Positions 41,143-50,652 of a stretch of DNA of 64,000 bases are shown one piece after another (the stretch's first letter is position 1; every line of letters starts with the position of its first letter). The position numbers and the translations under genes are program-made. The DNA is from an uncultured Armatimonadetes bacterium. Lineage in GTDB: Bacteria; Armatimonadota; UBA5829; DTJY01. The stretch spans positions 384,001-448,000 of the forward strand of contig OY970325.1 of the NCBI GenBank assembly GCA_963717145.1. Reading direction: 5' to 3'. The notes below the pieces were generated by a model. It saw only the letters and a program-made list of their open reading frames with translations. It was not told the DNA's origin and searched no databases.

Positions 41143-41619
41143 ATGCCGATTGACCATGACAAGATCAAGAAGCTGATCTCGCTGGTTGAGCAGAACAGCC
41201 TCACCGAACTCACGGTCGAGGAGGAAGGGCTCAGCGTCACCATCAGGGCCGAAGCCGCCGTCGCGCCTCAGGTCGTCTCCATGCCGGTGACGGAGGTTGC
41301 CATCGGGGTCGAATGCCCCGCCGGCGAGGTGACTGAGGCCGTGTCGGTTGAAGCGGTTGACGAGTCACATCTCTTCCGAGTCGAGTCGCCGATGACCGGA
41401 GTCTTCTACCGAACGCCCGCGCCCGACCAGCCGAACTACGTGGAGATCGGCGACGAGATAGAGGTCGGCCAGACCATCGGCCTTATCGAGGCGATGAAAG
41501 TCTTCAGCGAGGTACCATCGGATGTCGCGGGCATCGTCGTAGAGATCCCGGCGGAGGGCGGCAAGCTGGCCCAAGTCGGCGACGTGCTCGTCATCGTTGA
41601 CACCTCGGCAGCAGTTTAG
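41143..41619 (+). CDS. accB: Biotin carboxyl carrier protein
   Basis: SPMTGVFY, IEAMK. Confidence 0.9.
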   Translation: MPIDHDKIKKLISLVEQNSLTELTVEEEGLSVTIRAEAAVAPQVVSMPVTEVAIGVECPAGEVTEAVSVEAVDESHLFRVESPMTGVFYRTPAPDQPNYVEIGDEIEVGQTIGLIEAMKVFSEVPSDVAGIVVEIPAEGGKLAQVGDVLVIVDTSAAV

Positions 41620-41806
41620 AACACAGAGGCACAGAAGGCAGAGGAAGGCACAGAAAAGGCGTTTATCAGGAAACCAGGAAGATAGGAATCCAGGAAGGGA
41701 GAAAAGGCAAGACGGGGAACTCATCCGTTCTACCGCTCTCCGATTTCCTTCCTGCCTTCCTCATAGAGAATTCCGTGTTTCTGTGTGTTTCCGTGCTTCT
41801 GTGTTC
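41619..41806. repeat. Nested palindrome (ACACAGAA outer arms, CAGGAA inner arms)
   Basis: Purine-rich left half and pyrimidine-rich right half; sibling at 43109-43279. Confidence 0.8.
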
Positions 41807-41820
41807 TCCGGAGAATCATA

Positions 41821-43107
41821 GTGAAAGAGCAGATCAACGTCGGTATCATCGGGCTCGGGACGGTCGGGACTGGCGCGCTGAGGGTCCTGATCGAGAACGA
41901 GAAGGAGATCGCGCGCAAGGTCGGATGCCCGATCGAGGTGATCAAGGTCGCCGACCTGGATATCACCAGCGAACGGCCGGTGCAGTTCGACAAGAGCATC
42001 CTCACCACGGATGTCAGCGAGGTGGTCGACAACCCCGAGATCGACATCGTGATCGAAACCATCGGCGGCGTGCAGCCGGCCAAGGATTTCATCCTCCGCG
42101 CCATGAGGAACGGCAAGCACGTGGTCTGCGCGAACAAGGAGCTTATCGCCAAAGAGGGCGCGGATATCCTCGGCACGGCATGTGTCAAGGGCGTCGATTT
42201 CTACTTCGAGGGTGCGGTCGGCGGCGGAATCCCGATCATCCGGGCTATGAAGACCTGCCTGGCCGCGAACAAGATCCTCGAGGTGATGGCGATCCTCAAC
42301 GGCACGACGAACTACATCTTGACCAAGATGGCGAACGAAGGCAGGGATTTCGATGAGGTCTTGCAAGAGGCTCAGGCTGCCGGTTACGCCGAGTCCGATC
42401 CGGCAGCGGACATCGAGGGCCATGACGCGAAGTACAAGCTCTCGATCGTCGCGAGCATCGCCTTCACGAGCCGCGTGAACGTGAACGATATCTACTCCGA
42501 GGGCATCACCAAGATCGCCCCGCAGGACATATGCTATGCCCGCGAACTGGGCTACGTGATCAAGCTGCTCGCGATCGCCAAACGGAACGGCGAGCAGATC
42601 GAGGCGCGAGTACATCCGACGCTGATTCCCATCGGCCATCCTCTGGCAACGGTGAACGACGTCTACAACGGCATCTACATCCGCGGCGACTTCGTGGGTG
42701 ACGTGATGTTCTACGGGAGGGGAGCGGGTTCTCTCCCGACAGGGAGCGCGGTGGCCGGCGACGTGATGGATATCGCGAGGAACATCAACTACGGCTGCCC
42801 GGGTAGGATCCCATGCACGTGTTTCGACAAGCGCGAGATCCGAAGCATCGACCTCGTCGAGACTCGCTACTACATGCGGATGCTCGTCGCGGACGAGCCC
42901 GGCGTACTGGCGAGCATCGCGCAAGCATTCGGGGACAACAGCGTCAGCATCGCCTCGATGGTCCAGAAGGATATGTACGGCGACAAGGCGGAGATCGTCA
43001 TGGTGACCCACCAGGTGGCGGAGAAGAACTTCCGCAAGGCCATAGAGACGATCGAACGCCTCCCGAACGTCGCCGAGGTCAGCAACTGGTTGAGGGTAGA
43101 GGAGTAA
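41821..43107 (+). CDS. hom: Homoserine dehydrogenase
   Basis: GLGTVG, CANK, EGAVGGGIP, LNGTTNYIL, C-terminal ACT domain. Confidence 0.95.
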   Translation: MKEQINVGIIGLGTVGTGALRVLIENEKEIARKVGCPIEVIKVADLDITSERPVQFDKSILTTDVSEVVDNPEIDIVIETIGGVQPAKDFILRAMRNGKHVVCANKELIAKEGADILGTACVKGVDFYFEGAVGGGIPIIRAMKTCLAANKILEVMAILNGTTNYILTKMANEGRDFDEVLQEAQAAGYAESDPAADIEGHDAKYKLSIVASIAFTSRVNVNDIYSEGITKIAPQDICYARELGYVIKLLAIAKRNGEQIEARVHPTLIPIGHPLATVNDVYNGIYIRGDFVGDVMFYGRGAGSLPTGSAVAGDVMDIARNINYGCPGRIPCTCFDKREIRSIDLVETRYYMRMLVADEPGVLASIAQAFGDNSVSIASMVQKDMYGDKAEIVMVTHQVAEKNFRKAIETIERLPNVAEVSNWLRVEE

Positions 43108-43108
43108 C

Positions 43109-43279
43109 GAACACAGAAACACAGAAGGACACAGAAAGTCGGAAGTTTGGTCAGGAAGCCAGGAAGGGAGGAAACCAGGAACAACTGATTTCGAATTCTT
43201 CCTGGTTTCCTCCCTTCCTGGCTTCCTGATAGAAAAGCTTTTTCCGGGTCTTCCGTGTTCTTTCCGTGCTTCTGTGTTC
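43109..43279. repeat. Nested palindrome (ACACAGAA outer arms, CAGGAA inner arms)
   Basis: Inner arms TCAGGAAGCCAGGAAGGGAGGAAACCAGGAA with perfect reverse complement. Confidence 0.88.
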
Positions 43280-43295
43280 CGAAGGAGTTTACGCC

Positions 43296-44378
43296 ATGGT
43301 TATGGAGAAGACAATGCCGATGCCGCGGACGGTCGGCATCATCGAGCGGTACAGGGAGTTCATGCCGGTGACCGACCGGACCCCGATCATCAGCCTGCTC
43401 GAGGGGAGCACGCCGCTCATCCGAGTCGACCGTCTTGCGAAGGAGATCGCGCCGAACCTCACGATTTACGTCAAGTACGAGGGCCTCAACCCGACCGGCT
43501 CGTTCAAGGATCGCGGCATGACGATGGCCATCTCCAAGGCCGTCGAGGAGGGCTCGAAGGCCGTCATGTGCGCCTCGACCGGCAACACGGCGGCGTCGGC
43601 TGCGGCTTATTCGGCGCGCGCAGGGCTCGACTGCATCGTCCTGATCCCTAAGGGCAACATCGCATACGGCAAGCTCTCCCAGTCGATGATTCACGGTGCG
43701 AAGGTCGTGCAGGTCGAGGGCAACTTCGATGAGGCGCTCAACCTCGTGAAGGAGATGACCTCCAACTATCCGATCACACTGGTGAATTCGCTCAATCCAT
43801 ACCGCATCGAGGGCCAGAAGTCCGGGGCATTCGAGGTCTGCGATGTTCTCGGTGAGCCGCCCGACTTCCATGCGATCCCCGTCGGCAACGCGGGCAACAT
43901 CACCGCGTACTGGAAGGGCTACAAGGAATACCTCGAAAACGGCAGGATATCGCGCCTGCCGAAGATGATCGGCTTCCAGGCGGCGGGATCGGCCCCGATC
44001 GTTCTCGGTCATCCGATCGAGAATCCCGAGACGATCGCGACCGCGATCCGCATCGGCAACCCGGCGAGCTGGATTCAGGCCGAGGCCGCCCGCGACGAAT
44101 CCGGCGGCCTGATCGACATTGTCACCGACGAGGAGATACTGGAGGCATACAAGATGCTTGCCCGCATCGAGGGCATCTTCTGCGAGCCTGCATCGGCGGC
44201 ATCGGTTGCCGGGGTGCGGAAGAAGGCATCGCAGGGATTCTTCAGGGAGCCGGCGACCGTCGTCTGCGTCCTCACGGGCCATGGCCTCAAGGATCCCGAC
44301 TGTGCGGTCAAGCAGGCCTCCGCGCCGTTCAACGTCCCGCCGACGATGGACGCGCTGCTGAAGGTGCTGGGATATTAG
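43296..44378 (+). CDS. thrC: Threonine synthase
   Basis: NPTGSFKDRG, CASTGNT, PVGNAGN, TGHGLKDP. Confidence 0.95.
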   Translation: MVMEKTMPMPRTVGIIERYREFMPVTDRTPIISLLEGSTPLIRVDRLAKEIAPNLTIYVKYEGLNPTGSFKDRGMTMAISKAVEEGSKAVMCASTGNTAASAAAYSARAGLDCIVLIPKGNIAYGKLSQSMIHGAKVVQVEGNFDEALNLVKEMTSNYPITLVNSLNPYRIEGQKSGAFEVCDVLGEPPDFHAIPVGNAGNITAYWKGYKEYLENGRISRLPKMIGFQAAGSAPIVLGHPIENPETIATAIRIGNPASWIQAEAARDESGGLIDIVTDEEILEAYKMLARIEGIFCEPASAASVAGVRKKASQGFFREPATVVCVLTGHGLKDPDCAVKQASAPFNVPPTMDALLKVLGY

Positions 44379-44435
44379 GATGTAGCACCGCTGCCAGGTA
44401 TCCTTTTTCCGTACTTTGCTTGCGAGAGGAGGTTC

Positions 44436-45044
44436 TTGGCGATGCATCTGCGATTCCTGGGCGATGCGCTTGATCACTGGAAGGGATCTGCGCTTGAGTG
44501 GCTATGCGGCGGAGACCTTCTAGAGGAATTGGCTGTCGATGCCATGACTACCGATGCGTGCGACTGGTCGGACAACGATTGGCAGACGTACTCTCGCCTA
44601 CTTAGGGTTCCGGACGATCATCTTGTAAGACACTCGAGCAGTCTAGTATCAGAGCGCCTTCAGTATTTCGCTGAGATTCCTAAGCACGCTGACCTATTTC
44701 TTGATCCTGACACTGGGATCGCAACTCATGGCGTCAGTCGCAAGGATAGGCCCCGCTATATAATGCCAGGCGAATTGCTTGGCTTGCTGACAGATAACGA
44801 TGCACGAGTCGTCGCCGTGTATCAGCATGGGGCGCGCGGGTGCGAGATGAGCCGGCGCGCGGATGCTGTACTAGGCTGCGTATACGGGCAGAACGCCTGC
44901 ATAGCTTGTGCCTCATATGAGGCCACGAGCGTGGCAATGCTGTTCTTGTCACTGAACTGCCACCGGGTAGCAGCAATCGCTGATTATCTTGGCCGTATGC
45001 TGGAAGGTCGCGCTGCAAGTCGGGTTCGTCTCTACCGGCCATAG
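44436..45044 (+). CDS. Hypothetical protein with LFLDPDTG motif
   Basis: GAGGAGG RBS; codon style atypical for the flanking genes. Confidence 0.65.
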   Translation: MAMHLRFLGDALDHWKGSALEWLCGGDLLEELAVDAMTTDACDWSDNDWQTYSRLLRVPDDHLVRHSSSLVSERLQYFAEIPKHADLFLDPDTGIATHGVSRKDRPRYIMPGELLGLLTDNDARVVAVYQHGARGCEMSRRADAVLGCVYGQNACIACASYEATSVAMLFLSLNCHRVAAIADYLGRMLEGRAASRVRLYRP

Positions 45045-45090
45045 GTCTAGATTTGGCCGCAGAGAGTTCTTGCCCGTTCCAGGAGGACAC

Positions 45091-46017
45091 ATGGTTATCA
45101 CATCGACAGACATCAAGGGTCTGAACAAGTTCATTTCCGGCAAGGTGCGCGACGTGTACGATCTGGGCGATGAGCTGCTTATCGTTGCGACCGACCGGCT
45201 GTCCGCGTTCGACGTCATCATGCCGACCGGCATCCCCGACAAGGGGCGCGTGCTCACTCAGCTCTCCCTGTTCTGGTTCGACCTGACCCGGGATGTCGTC
45301 GAGAACCACCTCATTACCGCCGACACGGACGAGATCCTGGCGAGGCTCAAGTCGCTCGGCGTTGAGACGGAGGGGCTGCGCGAGGTGCTCGACGGCCGCT
45401 CGATGATCACGCGCAAGGCGAAGACATTTCCGGTCGAGTGCGTTGTCCGCGGCTACATCTCCGGCTCGGCGTGGAACGATTACAGGGACCTCAAGGCGTC
45501 ATCGAACAGCAAGGTCGTCCTGCATGGGATCGACCTTCCCGCCGATCTGGTCGAGTCCGACAAGCTGCCCGAGCCGATCTTCACCCCGGCGACCAAGGCG
45601 GAACTCGGCGACCATGATATCAACATAAGCGGCGCACAGATGGCCGAGATCATCGGTGAGGCCGATGCGAAGGCCCTGCGCGAGAAGACCCTCGCCGTGT
45701 ACACCAAGGCCTCCGAATATGCCGCCTCCAGGGGCATCATCATCGCAGACACCAAATTCGAGTTCGGACGGGTAGGGGACGATATCATCATCATCGACGA
45801 GGTATTGACCCCCGATTCGTCACGCTTCTGGGATGTCGAGACCTACAAGCCCGGCGGGGCGCAACCGAGCTTCGATAAGCAGTATGTCCGCGACTGGCTG
45901 CTCAGCGTCAACTTCAACAAGCAGCCCCCGGGCCCGGAGCTTCCGGACGATGTGGTAAGGAATACCGCCGACAAGTACCGCGAGGCCTACCGCCGCATCG
46001 TAGGCAAATCGCTCTAG
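45091..46017 (+). CDS. purC: SAICAR synthetase
   Basis: GKVRDVY, DRLSAFD, DTKFEFG, LTPDSSRFW. Confidence 0.95.
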   Translation: MVITSTDIKGLNKFISGKVRDVYDLGDELLIVATDRLSAFDVIMPTGIPDKGRVLTQLSLFWFDLTRDVVENHLITADTDEILARLKSLGVETEGLREVLDGRSMITRKAKTFPVECVVRGYISGSAWNDYRDLKASSNSKVVLHGIDLPADLVESDKLPEPIFTPATKAELGDHDINISGAQMAEIIGEADAKALREKTLAVYTKASEYAASRGIIIADTKFEFGRVGDDIIIIDEVLTPDSSRFWDVETYKPGGAQPSFDKQYVRDWLLSVNFNKQPPGPELPDDVVRNTADKYREAYRRIVGKSL

Positions 46018-46137
46018 TTTGGAGTGCGGCGGCTTGACGCCGCTTCGGAGTGCGATGGCTCGACATCGCTTTGGAATCCGGCGCCGCCGTGTCAAGCCAC
46101 GGCTCAGCAAAGCGATGTCGAGCCATCGCACTCCAAA
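46018..46137. repeat. TGGAGTGCG-type REP composite
   Basis: GGAGTGCGATGGCTCGACATCGCTTTG and its reverse complement, plus an extra GGAGTGCGG unit. Confidence 0.85.
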
Positions 46138-46148
46138 GGAGCATCAGC

Positions 46149-46874
46149 ATGGACCTGCAGTCGTTGGCAGAGACGAACTTCGAGGCGTTGGCCGCGAACC
46201 CGTACCCCGGTCGCGGCATAATCCTCGGCCGCAGCCCGAACGGCGAGTCGCTCGTTCAGGTCTACTGGATCATGGGCCGGAGCGAGGGCAGCCGGAACAG
46301 AGTCTTCGTCGAGGAAGATGGCTTCCTCAAGACGAAGCTCTGGGACGAATCGAAGGCGACCGACCCGACGCTGCTGATCTACTACCCGATGAAGCACATC
46401 GGGAGCGTCCACATCGTCTCGAACGGCGACCAGACCGACACGATCTACAAGGCGCTCCAACAGGGCGGCACATTCGAGTCGGCGCTCGACACGCGGACCT
46501 TCGAGCCGGACCCGCCGATCTACACGCCGAGGATCTCCGGCCTGACGAATAGCAGCACTCCCGACGAGTATAAGCTCTCCGTCTTGAAGCCGATGTCGGG
46601 CGACTCGGACTCGGTCGTCCGGTGCTACTACAGCTTCGTGACCCCCGCGAAGGGCATCGGCAACTGCGTCCACACTTACTGGATCACCGCGGAGGGCCAG
46701 CCCGTGCCGTTCGTCGGCGAGCCCTACCTGTTGCCGCTATTCGACGACCTCGAAGAGACAGTGGAGGCCTACTGGGATGCTCTCGATGAGGACAACAGGG
46801 TCTCTCTCGCGGTGAAGTTCATCAATATCACATCAGGTCAGTTCGACCTGCGGGTCATCAACAAGCATGGATGA
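46149..46874 (+). CDS. IMP cyclohydrolase (PurO-like)
   Basis: YPGRGI, MGRS..SRNR, SNGDQTD, FEPD.P.YTPRISG. Confidence 0.85.
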   Translation: MDLQSLAETNFEALAANPYPGRGIILGRSPNGESLVQVYWIMGRSEGSRNRVFVEEDGFLKTKLWDESKATDPTLLIYYPMKHIGSVHIVSNGDQTDTIYKALQQGGTFESALDTRTFEPDPPIYTPRISGLTNSSTPDEYKLSVLKPMSGDSDSVVRCYYSFVTPAKGIGNCVHTYWITAEGQPVPFVGEPYLLPLFDDLEETVEAYWDALDEDNRVSLAVKFINITSGQFDLRVINKHG

Positions 46875-46901
46875 GTGCCGGTAGCGGAAGGATGTACGCA
46901 G

Positions 46902-47258
46902 ATGAAGCGTACCATGTTGGGACTGCTCCTGTTTTATGGTGTCATAGGCCTGACCTATCTAAGCGGTTCCTGTGGCGAGGAGTTGCCAACTCGAGGCATC
47001 GGGCTTTTCTTTGTGATAGCGTGCGTGGCTTTTCTGCTCCGCCCGAAAGCCGGGTGGTGGATGTTAGTAGGGCTGACTGCCATCTTCATGGTCATTCCTA
47101 CTGTCGAGGTAATACTCGATGGTTTCAGGCAGCCGGAGCCTCTACTGTATCCGTTCTTCTTCGGTATCTGCTTGCTCGTCTTGCTAGACGGCAAGCCTGC
47201 TAGAACAAAGGGTGTGGATCGATCGGCAGACGAGATCGGCAACTCTGTTCCAAGGTGA
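46902..47258 (+). CDS. Small four-TM membrane protein
   Basis: Four hydrophobic segments. Confidence 0.6.
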   Translation: MKRTMLGLLLFYGVIGLTYLSGSCGEELPTRGIGLFFVIACVAFLLRPKAGWWMLVGLTAIFMVIPTVEVILDGFRQPEPLLYPFFFGICLLVLLDGKPARTKGVDRSADEIGNSVPR

Positions 47259-47264
47259 AAACAC

Positions 47265-48464
47265 ATGGCAACCACCTCTGGTATCAAGTACATCCTTCTC
47301 GTGCCCGACGGCATGGGTGATCGGCCGCTGCCCGAGTTGGACGGCAAGACCCCCATGCAGGTCGCGAAGAAGCCGAACATGGATCGGCTCGCGGCGAACG
47401 GTCGGGTCGGCGCGGTGAACACCATCCCCCAGGGCATGGATCCGGGAAGCGATGTCGCCGCGATGTCGCTCCTCGGCTACGATCCGCACAAGTACTACAC
47501 CGGGCGCGCCCCGATCGAGGCCGCCAGCATGCAGATCCCGCTCGATAAGAAGGATGTCGCCTTCAGATGCAATCTGGTGACCTCCGATGGCGAGACGATG
47601 ATCGACTACAGCGCCGGGCATGTGACCACTGAGGAGGCCCGCGAGTTGATGACATTTGTCAACGAGAAGCTCCGCACGCGGATGATCTCCTTCTTCCCGG
47701 GAGTCAGCTACCGGCACATCATGGTCTGGCGCGATGCCTCCCCCGAAGTCAAGACGACTCCACCGCATGACATCCTCGGCAAAGGGATTGCCGAGTACCT
47801 GCCCGCGGGTGACGGCGAGAGCACCCTCCGCGGCCTGATGTTCGACTCCCATGAGCTTCTGGAGAACCATCCGATCAACCAACGGCGGCGCGCCGAGGGC
47901 CTGAATCCCGCCAATATGATCTGGCTCTGGGGACAGGGGCGGGCGCTCAGCGTCCCGAGCTTCTCCTCGAAGACCGGGCTCACCGGCGGGGTCATCTCGG
48001 CGGTCGATCTGCTGAAGGGCCTCGGGCGCGCGACAGGCATGGCGGTTCCCGACGTTCCCGGCGTGACCGGATTCCTCGATACGAACTTCGAGGGCAAGGC
48101 TCAGTACGCGCTCGATGTGCTCAAACAGCGCGATTTCGTCCTCATCCACGCCGAAGCGCCCGACGAGGCGGGCCATATCGGTAGTCTCGACAAGAAGATC
48201 GAGGCGATCGAGTTGATCGATCGGCGTCTCCTCGGGCCGCTGTTGGAGGGGCTGAGGGAGGTCAAATGCTTCCGAATCATGATCCTGCCCGACCATGTGA
48301 CGCCGATCTCCATCCGCACCCATGCCTCAGACGCCGTGCCGTTCCTGCTCTACTCGTCCTTCGAGCCCGCCGAGACGAACCTTCCGTTTGACGAGCGCGC
48401 CGTCGAGGAAACAAAGCTGAGGGTGGAGGAAGGGTATCGGCTGATCGAGCTTCTCTTGGGATGA
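47265..48464 (+). CDS. apgM: Cofactor-independent phosphoglycerate mutase (ApgM type)
   Basis: PDGMGD, PGSD, EAPDEAGH, PDH.TP...TH. Confidence 0.88.
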   Translation: MATTSGIKYILLVPDGMGDRPLPELDGKTPMQVAKKPNMDRLAANGRVGAVNTIPQGMDPGSDVAAMSLLGYDPHKYYTGRAPIEAASMQIPLDKKDVAFRCNLVTSDGETMIDYSAGHVTTEEARELMTFVNEKLRTRMISFFPGVSYRHIMVWRDASPEVKTTPPHDILGKGIAEYLPAGDGESTLRGLMFDSHELLENHPINQRRRAEGLNPANMIWLWGQGRALSVPSFSSKTGLTGGVISAVDLLKGLGRATGMAVPDVPGVTGFLDTNFEGKAQYALDVLKQRDFVLIHAEAPDEAGHIGSLDKKIEAIELIDRRLLGPLLEGLREVKCFRIMILPDHVTPISIRTHASDAVPFLLYSSFEPAETNLPFDERAVEETKLRVEEGYRLIELLLG

Positions 48465-48530
48465 CCCGTGTGGCTGGTTGGGCCGGATGGTGTGTGGTAT
48501 AATGACAATGGAACTGAGAGAGGTTTGTTG

Positions 48531-48905
48531 ATGACATGGCGTGAGATGAGCGTAGATTGCCGCCGAGCGGCACAGTACCTCCTCAAAGAAGAGTGCCTGC
48601 GCAGCAGCATCAGCAGGTCCTACTATGCGGCGTATGCTGCGGTTGCCTCCGGCCTCGAGGAAGCGAAGATCAGTTACCCGGATGGGCGCGCCAATCCGCG
48701 TCATGCAGATATGCCGAGATACATAAAGAGCTGCTTGCGTTCGGTCTCTGCGCATGAACGGCAGGCCATTTCCAGGGCAGTCAGGCGGTTATGGCGGGCA
48801 AGGGTGGAAGCCGATTACATTCCGTCAGCATCTTTTGACCGAGCCGGTGCTCTGAATGCTCTCCATGATGCCCTGCGCGTAATGGAGACCATTGGGGTCA
48901 AGTAA
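48531..48905 (+). CDS. HEPN domain protein
   Basis: SRSYYAAY, PRH, RVEADY; own TGgTATAAT at 48495-48503. Confidence 0.8.
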   Translation: MTWREMSVDCRRAAQYLLKEECLRSSISRSYYAAYAAVASGLEEAKISYPDGRANPRHADMPRYIKSCLRSVSAHERQAISRAVRRLWRARVEADYIPSASFDRAGALNALHDALRVMETIGVK

Positions 48906-48916
48906 GGGGAAGGGTT

Positions 48917-49156
48917 ATGGATAAGCTCAAGATAATCCAAGCTGTCAAACGTCATCTCGCGGAACGGCAATTGGAAGGCATAACCATCAGTATTATTGAG
49001 CAAGGGGTGAGAAACGATCAGAACTGGTGGTATGTCCCTGTGCGCGCTGATCGAGAGCCGAGGAAGACATATGAGTACTACGAAGCGCTGGCAGAGATAG
49101 AGGACGACCTGAAGAGCAAGGAGAAACTCGATGTTCTGCTTGTTCCTGCGGCTTGA
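48917..49156 (+). CDS. 79-aa HEPN partner protein
   Basis: 11 nt after HEPN stop, purine-rich RBS; no GSxARG/DxD MNT motif. Confidence 0.7.
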   Translation: MDKLKIIQAVKRHLAERQLEGITISIIEQGVRNDQNWWYVPVRADREPRKTYEYYEALAEIEDDLKSKEKLDVLLVPAA

Positions 49157-49192
49157 TGGCCGAGAGCCGGTGCCCTTATCCCAGAGACCGGG

Positions 49193-50617
49193 ATGACCCA
49201 GGATTCTGACCTGATCAGCCGTGTACGCCTTGCCATCCGCCGATTTTCCATGGTGGATTGCGACAGCACGGTCCTCGTCGCCGTGTCCGGTGGCCCGGAT
49301 TCGGTCGCACTCCTCCACGCCCTCCTCACACTCCGTGAGGAACTCGGCCTCACGCTTCACGTCGCGCACCTCGATCACTCCTTCCGCGGCGAGGCGTCTG
49401 ACGAGGATGCCGAGTACGTGCGTCGTCTCGCCGACGAGATGGGCATCCCTGCGACGATAGAGAAGGCCGATGTTCCCCAGATCCAGCGAACGCTCAGACT
49501 ATCACCAGAGGAAGCCGCGCGCCTCGTCCGCTACGAGTTCCTCAATCGAGTCGCCGACGAGGTCGGCGCCGCACGCATTGCGCTCGGACACACCGCCGAC
49601 GATCAGGTCGAGACGGTGCTGATGAACCTCCTGCGCGGAACCGGGATCGATGGACTCAGGGGGATGCCGCCCGTGCGCGACAGGATCATCCGCCCGCTCA
49701 TCAAGGTCCGCCGCACGGAGATCGAGGAGTATATCAGGGCGAACGGTCTCCATCCCCGGACCGATGAGACGAACCTGATGCCCGCATTCACGCGCAATCG
49801 GATCAGGCTGGAACTGCTTCCGATGCTGAGGCGTCAGTATAACCTGGGAGTGGATGCGGCGATTCTCAAGTTGGCGGAACTAGCACGTGCGGATACCGCG
49901 TATATGAATATGGTGGCCGATGATGCTGTAAGGGGTATCACCCTCGCAACCGGCGATGGCATGCTGTCACTCGACACGGCGGGAATGAGCGGTATGACTC
50001 CCGCGATAGGTCGAAGGGCCGTGCGGAGCGCCGTGAAACAGGTGCGGGGCGATATCGCCGATATCGGGCTTCGGCATGTGGACGAGCTTCTGTCGCTCCT
50101 GGAGTCGTCGAGCAGCTTTCGGTATGAGCTGCCCGGAGGAGTTTTCGTCGAGAGGTCGGGGGACACACTCACATTCCTCTCTCAGCGGCCCTCCGATCAG
50201 CCGATCATATACAGTTGCGAGTTGACGGTCCCGGGTGAGACCCGCGTGCCCGAGGCGCAGGCAGTCATCACCGCGGAGATCGTGGATCAGTGGGCAGACC
50301 CGACGCGATCGCATGGGAGCATGGAAGCCGTATTCGATCTCGGGTTGATCGTGGGGACACTGGTCGTAAGGAATTGGCGGCCGGGAGATCGGATCCGCCC
50401 GCTTGGAATGCAGGGGTCCAAGAAACTGCACGACATCTTCGTCGATGCGAAGATTCCCCGGAGCGAAAGGCATCGGATCCCGGTCGTCGCTGACGACGCA
50501 AAAGTGGTGTGGGTTTCCGGCCTGGCGGTGTCCGATGAGGCCAGGGTGACGGAAGCCACACGGCGTTCCCTGGTGCTTGCCGTTCGACCGGATCAGAGTT
50601 GCGTCGGGGCTGATTGA
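49193..50617 (+). CDS. tilS: tRNA(Ile)-lysidine synthetase
   Basis: AVSGGPDS, GHTADDQVET, RNRIR. Confidence 0.95.
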   Translation: MTQDSDLISRVRLAIRRFSMVDCDSTVLVAVSGGPDSVALLHALLTLREELGLTLHVAHLDHSFRGEASDEDAEYVRRLADEMGIPATIEKADVPQIQRTLRLSPEEAARLVRYEFLNRVADEVGAARIALGHTADDQVETVLMNLLRGTGIDGLRGMPPVRDRIIRPLIKVRRTEIEEYIRANGLHPRTDETNLMPAFTRNRIRLELLPMLRRQYNLGVDAAILKLAELARADTAYMNMVADDAVRGITLATGDGMLSLDTAGMSGMTPAIGRRAVRSAVKQVRGDIADIGLRHVDELLSLLESSSSFRYELPGGVFVERSGDTLTFLSQRPSDQPIIYSCELTVPGETRVPEAQAVITAEIVDQWADPTRSHGSMEAVFDLGLIVGTLVVRNWRPGDRIRPLGMQGSKKLHDIFVDAKIPRSERHRIPVVADDAKVVWVSGLAVSDEARVTEATRRSLVLAVRPDQSCVGAD

Positions 50618-50627
50618 ATGGTATAAT
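50599..50627 (+). promoter_or_regulatory. Sigma70 promoter of ftsH
   Basis: TTGCGT-17 nt-TATAAT with extended TG. Confidence 0.6.
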
Positions 50628-50652
50628 CTAATACTCTCGGAGATGGATTGAC

